Below the pieces are notes generated by a model. That model was not told the origin of the DNA. It searched no databases and was given only the letters and a program-made list of their open reading frames with translations. A stretch of 64,000 nt of DNA from Thermoanaerobaculia bacterium (lineage in GTDB: Bacteria > Acidobacteriota > Thermoanaerobaculia > UBA5066). The translations under genes were made by a program, and so were the position numbers. The DNA lies in the NCBI GenBank assembly GCA_963816185.1, contig CAWFJJ010000005.1:32001-96000 (forward strand), given 5' to 3'. Shown in pieces: positions 1-7,616 of the stretch (position 1 is its first letter; every line of letters starts with the position of its first letter).

Positions 1-1632
1 CTCTCGGGCGTCACGACTCCGCAGGGACTCAAGGACGTCCTCTTCCTGACGACGAGGAGCGGCATTCTCCTCGCCGTCGACGCCGCGACCGGCGGGATCG
101 TCTGGTCGAAGCAGGCGGCGACGGGGCCGAAATTCACGACGTCCTCGCCGGCGATCGACCCGGGTCGGCAGTACGTCTACTCGTACGGGCTCGACGGGAA
201 AGCGCACAAATATCGGGTCGGAGATGGCACCGAAATCACGACGGGCGGCTGGCCGCAGCGCACGACGGCGAAGCCGGACGTCGAAAAGGGCTCCTCCGCG
301 CTCGGGTTTGCGACGGCGAAGAGCGGCGCGACTTACCTTTACGTCGCGAACGGGGGCTACCCGGGGGACGCGGGGGATTACCAAGGACACGTGACCGCGA
401 TCGACCTCGCGACGGGCGCACAAAAGGTCTTCAACACCCAGTGCAGCAACCAGACCGTCCACTTCGTCATCCAGCCGGGATTTCCGGACTGCAGTGAGGT
501 GCAGACCGCGATCTGGGCCCGCCCGGGCGTCGTCTACGACTCCGACAATGACCGAATTCTCATGGCGACGGGAAACGGAACGTTCGCCCCCACGAGCTTC
601 GGTTGGGGCGACACGGTCTTCTCCCTTCACCCCGACGGCACGGGTGCGGGCGGCGGGCTGCCGGTCGACAGCTACACGCCGGTGAATTTCCTGGCTCTGC
701 AGAACCTGGATGCCGACATCGGAAGTACGGCGCCGGCGATCCTCCCCCTGGTGCCGACGAGCGTCCCTCCGCGCCTCGCGGTCCAGTCGGGGAAGGACGG
801 CGAGGTGAGACTGCTGGACCGGGACGACCTGAGCCGGCAGGGCGGCCCTTCGCACACGGGCGGCGAGCTGCAGCTTCTGAACCTCCCGCAGGCCGGTGGG
901 GTCCTGACGCAGCCGGCGGTGTGGGTGAACCCTGCGAATCAGGGCGTCTGGACATTCATCGCGAACGACAGCGGAATCTCGGCCTTCGAGCTTGTCGTCA
1001 GCCCGGGTGGCACGCCGTTTCTCGTCTCGAGGTGGACGAACCCGGCCGGCGGGACCTCTCCCGTCGTCGCGAACGGGATCCTCTATTACGCGGGATCCGG
1101 AGGACTCCGCGCCCTCGATCCGACGACCGGCAACTCCCTGTGGTCAGACACGACGAACGTCGGGGGCATCCATTGGGAGAGCCCGATCGTCGTTCAGGGA
1201 CGCGTCTATCTCACAGATGAAGCCTCCCATCTCATCGCGTGGGTTCCGATCCCCGGGAACACGTCATACAGAACGCTGCCGCCTTGCCGGGTCCTCGACA
1301 CGCGCGGCCCCACGGGACCTCTCGGCGGGCCGGCGCTGCCGGCGAACGGCACGCGCGTTTTCCCCGTGGCCGGGACGTGCGGCGTGCCCGCGGACGCCGT
1401 CTCGGTCTCGGCCAACGTCACGGTCGTGAGCCCCGGCGCCACCGGGTCTCTTCAGGTCGGGCCCGCCGGCGTCGCTCTGCCCGTCTCGCTGCTGCCGTTC
1501 GATGCGGGCCGGACGCGCGCGATCGGGACCCTCCTTCTCGTCGCCGGGGCGCCGGCCGGCAGCGTTCAGCTGACGAACCTCTCCGCGGCCCCCCTCGACG
1601 TGGTCCTCGACGTCTCGGGCTATTTCCGGTAA
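1..1632 (+). CDS. PQQ-like beta-propeller protein with C-terminal PCR-DTR/DVSGYF domain (5' end outside window)
   Basis: Frame is open from base 1 (LSGVTTPQGLKDVLFLTTRSGILLAVDAATGGIVW). AIDLATG and ALDPTTG..LW propeller motifs. C-terminus PCRVLDTR...VVLDVSGYFR. Confidence 0.8.
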   Translation, partial: LSGVTTPQGLKDVLFLTTRSGILLAVDAATGGIVWSKQAATGPKFTTSSPAIDPGRQYVYSYGLDGKAHKYRVGDGTEITTGGWPQRTTAKPDVEKGSSALGFATAKSGATYLYVANGGYPGDAGDYQGHVTAIDLATGAQKVFNTQCSNQTVHFVIQPGFPDCSEVQTAIWARPGVVYDSDNDRILMATGNGTFAPTSFGWGDTVFSLHPDGTGAGGGLPVDSYTPVNFLALQNLDADIGSTAPAILPLVPTSVPPRLAVQSGKDGEVRLLDRDDLSRQGGPSHTGGELQLLNLPQAGGVLTQPAVWVNPANQGVWTFIANDSGISAFELVVSPGGTPFLVSRWTNPAGGTSPVVANGILYYAGSGGLRALDPTTGNSLWSDTTNVGGIHWESPIVVQGRVYLTDEASHLIAWVPIPGNTSYRTLPPCRVLDTRGPTGPLGGPALPANGTRVFPVAGTCGVPADAVSVSANVTVVSPGATGSLQVGPAGVALPVSLLPFDAGRTRAIGTLLLVAGAPAGSVQLTNLSAAPLDVVLDVSGYFR

Positions 1633-1657
1633 GACAGAAGAGAGGAAATCGCCTAGC

Positions 1658-1691
1658 AGCGGTCTTCGACCCTTGACATCGGGCATTCGGG
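1658..1691 (+). repeat. Partial copy of the intergenic palindromic element at 44553-44627
   Basis: agcggtcttcgacccttgacatcgggcattcggg matches 44594-44627 at 28/34 positions. Confidence 0.6.
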
Positions 1692-1726
1692 TATACGGGC
1701 GATAGAATCGCGGAAAAGGTGGACAG

Positions 1727-2602
1727 ATGTCGCTTTTCGTTAAGTTCAACCTGATACTGATTCTCGTTTTCGCGGTCGCGCTCGTTCCGGCGGGCTACAT
1801 CTCGAACGGCCTGCTCCAGAAAAACGCACGAACGCAGATCGTTCAGAACGCGCGGATCATGATGGAGACGGCGATGGCCACGCGCGGCTACACGGTCAAA
1901 CAGATCAAGCCGCTTCTGGCGCCGCGCCTCGCAGACGAGTTCCTGCCGCAGTCGGTCCCCGCGTACTCAGCGACGGAGATCTTCAATTACCTGCGCGAGA
2001 GCAACCCCGAATACACCTACAAGGAGGCCACCCTCAACCCGACGAACCCGCGCGATCGGACGGTCGACTGGGAAGCCGACATCGTGAACGCGTTCCGCGC
2101 GAACGAAAAGCTCCCGGAGCTCATCGGCGAGCGCTCGACGTCTCTCGGGCGCGCGCTCTACCTCGCGCACCCCATCAAGATCACCGATGCGGGCTGCCTT
2201 TCGTGTCACACGACGCCGGCGATGGCGCCGGCATCGGTGGTGAAAGCTTACGGAACGAGCGGCGGATACGGCTGGAAGCTGAACGAGACCGTCGGGGCGC
2301 AAATCGTCTCGGTGCCCATGACGGTGCCGATCGGCCTCGCGAACACCGCGTTCAAGACGCTCCTGGGCTCCTTGATCGCGGTCTTCGCGAGCATCCTGGT
2401 CGTTCTCAACATCCTCCTCACGCTCGTGGTGATCCGGCCCATCAGGCGCCTCTCGCGGATGGCGGACCAGGTATCGACCGGCAATCTCGACGTCCCCGAG
2501 GAGACCGTGAAAGGCTCGGACGAGGTCGCGGTACTGTCGGGATCCTTCAACCGGATGCGGATCAGCCTGACGAAGGCCCTCAAGATGCTCGAGGGCGAGT
2601 AA
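1727..2602 (+). CDS. DUF3365/Tll0287-like c-type heme sensor with HAMP domain and no output domain
   Basis: Two TM segments, YKEATLNPTNPRD motif, CLSCH heme motif, C-terminal HAMP (RPIRRLSRMADQVSTG..DEVAVLSGSFNRM). Confidence 0.85.
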   Translation: MSLFVKFNLILILVFAVALVPAGYISNGLLQKNARTQIVQNARIMMETAMATRGYTVKQIKPLLAPRLADEFLPQSVPAYSATEIFNYLRESNPEYTYKEATLNPTNPRDRTVDWEADIVNAFRANEKLPELIGERSTSLGRALYLAHPIKITDAGCLSCHTTPAMAPASVVKAYGTSGGYGWKLNETVGAQIVSVPMTVPIGLANTAFKTLLGSLIAVFASILVVLNILLTLVVIRPIRRLSRMADQVSTGNLDVPEETVKGSDEVAVLSGSFNRMRISLTKALKMLEGE

Positions 2603-2615
2603 GGGGACGTCCCGG

Positions 2616-4097
2616 ATGGCGGACACGATCCCCCCCGGCTCCCATTTCGGCGACTACGAGATCCTGGAGGAGCTCGGCGCCGGAGGCATGGGGAAGGTCT
2701 ACCGCGCGCGGGATCTCACGCTCGACCGGCTCGTCGCGCTCAAGACGCTCGCCCACCAGCTCTCTCAGGACACGGGCTACGTGCAGCGCTTTCTCAAGGA
2801 AGCGCGCGCAGCCGCGCGGCTGAACCACCCGAACATCGTCCAGATCTACGACTTCGGCTGCGTGGATTCGATCTATTACCTCGCGATGGAGTTCGTGGAC
2901 GGGCATTCGCTCGGGACGTACCTCAAGCGCGGCCACTTCAGCGAGTCGGAATCCATCCAGATCATCCGGCACGCATGCCGCGCTCTGTCGGTCGCGCACG
3001 CCGACGGGATCGTTCATCGCGACATCAAGCCCGACAACCTGATGCTGACGAGCCGGGGCGACGTGAAGCTCGTGGACCTCGGCATCGCTAAGCGCCTCGA
3101 CGAAGAGGCATCGCTCACGCAGACGGGCCAGGCGATCGGAACTCCCCATTACATCTCGCCCGAGCAGATTCGCGGGCAGAGGGATGTGGATTCCCGCGCC
3201 GACATCTACTCGCTCGGCGCGACGCTCTACCACCTCCTGACCGGGCACACGCCTTACTCAGGATCGTCCGGCCCCATCGTCATGTCGATGCATCTCGTCG
3301 AGCCGCTGCCCGACCCGCGCCGCTTCGAGGCCTCCCTCACGGACGGGGTTTGTCGCGTCGTGCGGAAAATGATGGCGAAGAACCGCGACGAGAGGTACCC
3401 GGACGTTTACGCGCTCGACCTGGACCTGTATCGCCTGCAGTGCGGGGAGACGCCGCAGCCGGACGAGGAGGCTGCGGCGGCCGCCGCGGCGTACGCGGCG
3501 TCGCCTGCCTCTCCGGCTTACGTCCCCGCGACGGCCGGCGCATTCGATTCGGGAATCCTGAACCGCATCGAGGACAGCCTCGCGGCCGCGGTCGGTCCGA
3601 TGGCGAGGGTCCTCGTCCGCAGGACGGCACGGACCGCACCGACTTACGAGGCCCTCTGCGGCGAGCTCGCGGGACAGGTCTCCGACCCGCGCGCGCGCGA
3701 TGCCTTCCTGTCGAGCTGTCTCCGCGCGGCGCGCACACCCACGGGTCCGCGGGGGCCCGGCCGCCTGACACCCGCGCCCGCTCAGGGGAGCGAGGCGCCG
3801 ACCGAGCTCCGGGGCGGAGGTCGACCCGCGGCCTCGGGCCCTTCGCGCCACTTCTCTCAGGAGGCCTACTACGGATCCGCCCCCGCCGGAAGGTCGCTCG
3901 CCCTCTCCGAGCAGGACCTCGCCTTCGTGGAGACCGAGCTCGCGCGGCAGATCGGCCCGCTCGCGCGGATCGTCGTGAAACGGGCGGCGAAGACCACCGG
4001 CGTCCTCGCGGACCTCATCTCCAAGCTCGAGCTCGAGATCCCGACGGATGACAGCCGCCGCGCGTTCCGCGAGGCGATGCGGAAGCGGTTCCGCTGA
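2616..4097 (+). CDS. Hanks Ser/Thr kinase with two C-terminal helical repeats (GP[ML]AR.[LV]V[RK]R)
   Basis: LGAGGMGKVY, VALK, HRDIKPDN, DLG, GTPHYISPEQ; no TM segment. Confidence 0.95.
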   Translation: MADTIPPGSHFGDYEILEELGAGGMGKVYRARDLTLDRLVALKTLAHQLSQDTGYVQRFLKEARAAARLNHPNIVQIYDFGCVDSIYYLAMEFVDGHSLGTYLKRGHFSESESIQIIRHACRALSVAHADGIVHRDIKPDNLMLTSRGDVKLVDLGIAKRLDEEASLTQTGQAIGTPHYISPEQIRGQRDVDSRADIYSLGATLYHLLTGHTPYSGSSGPIVMSMHLVEPLPDPRRFEASLTDGVCRVVRKMMAKNRDERYPDVYALDLDLYRLQCGETPQPDEEAAAAAAAYAASPASPAYVPATAGAFDSGILNRIEDSLAAAVGPMARVLVRRTARTAPTYEALCGELAGQVSDPRARDAFLSSCLRAARTPTGPRGPGRLTPAPAQGSEAPTELRGGGRPAASGPSRHFSQEAYYGSAPAGRSLALSEQDLAFVETELARQIGPLARIVVKRAAKTTGVLADLISKLELEIPTDDSRRAFREAMRKRFR

Positions 4098-4108
4098 GCG
4101 CCTCGAAG

Positions 4109-4996
4109 TCAGCCGTTTGGCGGTTTTCGGGGCAGATGGACGGTCGCGGTCGTGCCGCGGCCAGGGGTGCTGTCAAGCCACAGGTAGCCGCGGCTGTTCT
4201 TGACGATCCCGTACGCGGTCGACAGGCCCAGTCCGCTTCGCTCCTCGGCCGCCTTCGTCGTGAAGAAGGGCTCGAAGGCGCGGGAGAGCGTGGCCGTGTC
4301 CATTCCGAGCCCGGTGTCGGTGATCGTGATCTCGGCGTACTCGCCCTCGACGACCGGAACCCCCGAGATGCGCATGCCGGCGCTCACCGAGCGCGTCGCG
4401 GTGCGCAAGGCGAGGACGCCCCCTTGAGGCATGGCCTCCGAGGCGTTCAGGACGAGATTCAGGATGACCTGCTCGAGCTGGGTTTCGTCCGCCGCGACGG
4501 AGATCGGGTCCTTCGCGAGCTCAACGACGAAGACGACCTCCTCTCCGACGAGCTTGCGCAGCAAGGGTTCGAGATCGCCCAGAAACGCATGAAGATCGAG
4601 AACGTGAGGCTTGATGACCTCTCCGCGTCCGATCGAGAGCAGCCGAGCGCTGAGCACGGCCGCCCTCTCGCTGGCCTTGACGATCTCCTGCGCGCTTGCG
4701 CGGGCGCCGGCGTCGCCGGCTTTTTCCAGGACGAGCGTCGAGAAGCCGAGGAGGGCGGTGAGCACGTTGCGCAGGTCGTGCGCGACCTCCGCCGCGTGGC
4801 GCCCGACCGCTTCCATCCGCCGCCCCTCCGCGGCCTCCGCCTCCAGCTCGGAGAGCCGCCTCTCCGCGGCGCGCAGGCGTCTCTCGGTCGCGTGGCGGCG
4901 GCGGACCTCCCTCAGGAAGAGGAGGAACGGAGCGAGGCCAGCCGCCGCGCACGCAATCGAGAAGACGAGGATGATTTCGGAAGCCTGGGTGGTCAG
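4109..4996 (-). CDS. Single-TM histidine kinase (HisKA + HATPase_c), probable CTG start
   Basis: H-box AHDLRN, N-box QVILNLVLNA, DTGLGM, FEPFFTTK, GLGLS. The frame extends 60 codons upstream of the 4816 ATG, through a TM helix, to a CTG at 4996 preceded by AAGGAAAAGG. Confidence 0.8.
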   Translation of the reverse strand: MTTQASEIILVFSIACAAAGLAPFLLFLREVRRRHATERRLRAAERRLSELEAEAAEGRRMEAVGRHAAEVAHDLRNVLTALLGFSTLVLEKAGDAGARASAQEIVKASERAAVLSARLLSIGRGEVIKPHVLDLHAFLGDLEPLLRKLVGEEVVFVVELAKDPISVAADETQLEQVILNLVLNASEAMPQGGVLALRTATRSVSAGMRISGVPVVEGEYAEITITDTGLGMDTATLSRAFEPFFTTKAAEERSGLGLSTAYGIVKNSRGYLWLDSTPGRGTTATVHLPRKPPNG

Positions 4997-5017
4997 GGAC
5001 CTTTTCCTTTCTGGCGT

Positions 5018-5131
5018 TCAACCGCCGATGGGTTTGATGCTTCGGTCGGTCCCGTCGGTGGGATCGGTGGTGTCGGTGGTCGTCAGCCCGAGCAGAGACA
5101 GAGCGAGATCGATGAGGGTCGTGGCGTCCAT
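5018..5131 (-). CDS. 37-aa small peptide MDATTLIDLALSLLGLTTTDTTDPTDGTDRSIKPIGG (not in ORF track)
   Basis: Strong SD AGGAGG 6 nt upstream of ATG, GC3-rich codons, and it fills the gap between the TPR gene and the histidine kinase. Confidence 0.75.
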   Translation of the reverse strand: MDATTLIDLALSLLGLTTTDTTDPTDGTDRSIKPIGG

Positions 5132-5275
5132 GGGTTTCCTCCTGTTGCCGCCCGTCCGGGGCGGCTCGGGAGGCGGAACTCACGAGCGCTCGGTCATCAC
5201 CGCCTTACATCCTTGGAGACGGATTGGCGGGGCGGTTTTCGCCCGCCCTGAAAAAGAAATGTGAAAGATTCTGGA

Positions 5276-6641
5276 TCAGGCCCGGCGGCGTTCGGGGCGG
5301 ACGGAGACGTGGAATCCGCCCGAGAGGGCCCCGAGGCAGGCCTGAACTCGGTCGAGGAGCCCGTCCTTGACGTCGCCGCTATCGAGGTGCGCGGCCAGCT
5401 CGGCCCACGCCGGGACTCCCGCGAGCGTCGCGACGGTCACGAAAGACCGCAGCTCCTTGAGGCGGGCCACCATCTCGTCGGTCCTCGACATCCGGCCGAG
5501 ACACTCCGCGGCGTGGAGCCGGGCGAAGACGGAATCCTCTTCGAGCTGCTTCTCGTCCGCCTCGGCGGCCAGCGCGTCGAAAGCGGCGAGCGCTCGTGCC
5601 ATCTCGCCCCTCAGGAAATCCAGCTCGGCGAGCCCAATCCGGATTCCAAAGACGAGATACGCGAGGTCGTGACGCCTCGCGTCCGCGAGTGCCTGCGCGA
5701 AGACGGACCGCGATTTTCCGAAAGCCCCGGAGTGGGCCAGCGTGACAGCGAGGTTGATCTCGATGGCAGTCGCGGGCATGCGCATCTTTCTCTTCGCCCA
5801 TCCGCTCGAGCGCGCTTTCGAGGAACGGAATCGCACGGTCGAGATTCCCTCTTTGCGAATAGAGCGATCCCAACGCGGCTTCAGCCCTCGCGGTCCAGGT
5901 CTCCTGCTCGAATGCGGCGAAGACCCGCGCGGCGCGCTTGAGCTCGCGCTCGGCGAACGGGAATTCTCCCTGAAAAGCCGCCACCGTCCCCTCGAAATAC
6001 CCACAGAGCGCTCCGTCGAACGGGTCGTTGCCGCGAGAGGCGAATGCAGTGCGGGCGTCGCGGGCGGCCGTGCGCGCCTCCTCGAGCCGTCCGATGTTGA
6101 GGAGCGCCTGTGATGCGAGGAGCGACGCTTCCGCCTCGAGGCGCCACGACGGGACGACACCCGACGCCGGAAGCATCCTGGCGCGCGCCGAGAGGGCGTG
6201 TGAGAGGGCGAGCGCGCGATGCGGTTCCGCGGCCGCGAGACGCGCTCCGGTCTGGGCCGCATACAGGAGGCCGAGATGGTCGGCGTCGGCGTCGCCGGAT
6301 TCCGCCAGCCGCGCGGCGAGAGCGCTGTCCGACTCGCGAGCCGCTTCGACGAGGCATCGCGCCTTCTCGTCTGCCTCATCGGCGGCGGACACGAGCGCCT
6401 GAAGGTCTTTGTATTTCTTCGAGGACGTCCGGGACGGAAACGGCAGCACGTCCGCCGAAGGAGAGAGCATCGTCTCGAGGGAGGAGGCTTCCTCGATGGC
6501 GGCGTAAAGACGCCCGAGCGCTTTCTGGCGGCGCGCGCACGTGCGGCAGCCGGCGACGTGCAGGGCCGCCGCGGCCGAGCCGGGCTCGTTCCGGCCCATC
6601 GCGAGGGCGAGGAGCTCGGCTTCCTCGGGGTGCCTTGTCAC
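5276..6641 (-). CDS. Zinc-finger (HxxxCxxC) anti-sigma domain fused to a TPR-like helical repeat; apparent frameshift near 5775
   Basis: HPEEAELLALA...LHVAGCRTC N-terminus; GTG start overlaps the sigma TGA; the helical repeat continues in a second frame (TAIEINLAVTLAHSG). Confidence 0.75.
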
Positions 6642-7219
6642 GCGAGGCATCCGCGCATCCTCTTCATGCATTGATTCAGCCGCTTCCACACGGCATTGAC
6701 CGTGCACCCGCTATCGGCGGCCGTCTCGGCGAGCGATCGGCGCAAGACGCAATACGCCTGGATGAGGTGGCGGCACCGGGGCGTCAAGAGGCGGAATGCC
6801 GATCGCACGTGGAGGCCGTCCACGAGACGCGTCGCGGTGCGCACGTCGGGAAGGTCCACGGAAATGTCGATTTCCCGCCCGCTCTGCTGAAGGCGCTTCT
6901 CGAGGCGGTCACGGCAGCGGTTGAAGAAAGAGCCGACGAGGTAGCCCTTCATGTTGTGGACGCGCGGCCGTCTCGCGAACACGGCCTCGAACGTGTCCTG
7001 CAGGACGTCCTCCGCCTCTTCCGCGGTCAAGCCGAAGCGCCGCTGGGCCACGGTCAGGAGGCGTGGGCGGAGGTAGGCGTCGAGGCGGTCCCAATCCCAG
7101 GACGCCGGCTCCTGCTCGGGCGAGGAAACGAGCTCCTCGCGCTCGGCGGGCGCAGAGAAAGCGGGCGCGTCCGCACCAAAGGCCTCGGTCCCGGCCGATG
7201 AAGATCGCCCGCCGTTCAT
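6638..7219 (-). CDS. ECF sigma-70 factor
   Basis: Region 2 RFGLTAEEAEDVLQDTF...NRCRDRL; region 4 LTPRCRHLI..SLAETAADSGCTVNAVWKRL; SD GGAGG. Confidence 0.9.
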   Translation of the reverse strand: MNGGRSSSAGTEAFGADAPAFSAPAEREELVSSPEQEPASWDWDRLDAYLRPRLLTVAQRRFGLTAEEAEDVLQDTFEAVFARRPRVHNMKGYLVGSFFNRCRDRLEKRLQQSGREIDISVDLPDVRTATRLVDGLHVRSAFRLLTPRCRHLIQAYCVLRRSLAETAADSGCTVNAVWKRLNQCMKRMRGCLA

Positions 7220-7264
7220 GCCTCCCCTTCCGTGCAGAAGAAGAGTACCTCAACGAGAGAGAAG

Positions 7265-7594
7265 CTAGCCCTGGACCTCGACGTCGGGATCGAGTTTCAT
7301 CTCGTGCTTGCCCAGCGTGAGAAGAACGTTGTACGGGTATTTCCCTTTCTCGGCGTCGGGTCGTACCGGGGTCGAAAGGGCCTGGCCATGGGACGGCGAA
7401 GAAAAATGGTCGTCGGCGAAGGGGCTGCCTCGCCTCTTCTTGAAGAAGATCCGGATCTTTGCGTCGCGGACGATCGTCACCCACCTGACGACGTTCCCTC
7501 TCCGGACTTTCACGGAATCGGGCTCGACGCTCAGCGAGCCGTCCGGCTGGAGCGAAATACAGACGATCCTTTCCTTCCTCGGTTTCCTTGCCAT
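7265..7594 (-). CDS. Small beta-sandwich (cupredoxin-like) hypothetical protein ending in LDPDVEV
   Basis: SD AAGGAGG; pattern VEPDSVKVRRGNVVRW...GKYPYNV...LDP. Confidence 0.7.
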   Translation of the reverse strand: MARKPRKERIVCISLQPDGSLSVEPDSVKVRRGNVVRWVTIVRDAKIRIFFKKRRGSPFADDHFSSPSHGQALSTPVRPDAEKGKYPYNVLLTLGKHEMKLDPDVEVQG

Positions 7595-7616
7595 CGAATC
7601 CTCCTTTTGTCACGCG

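Noticed and set aside
1673-1708. TTGACA...TAGAAT as a canonical sigma-70 promoter
   Set aside because: The spacer is 24 nt, and the TTGACA belongs to the repeat element.
5226-5250. GC hairpin between the TPR gene and the peptide gene as a terminator
   Set aside because: The T-run precedes the stem on the coding (minus) strand, and an ECF-promoter reading has poor spacing.
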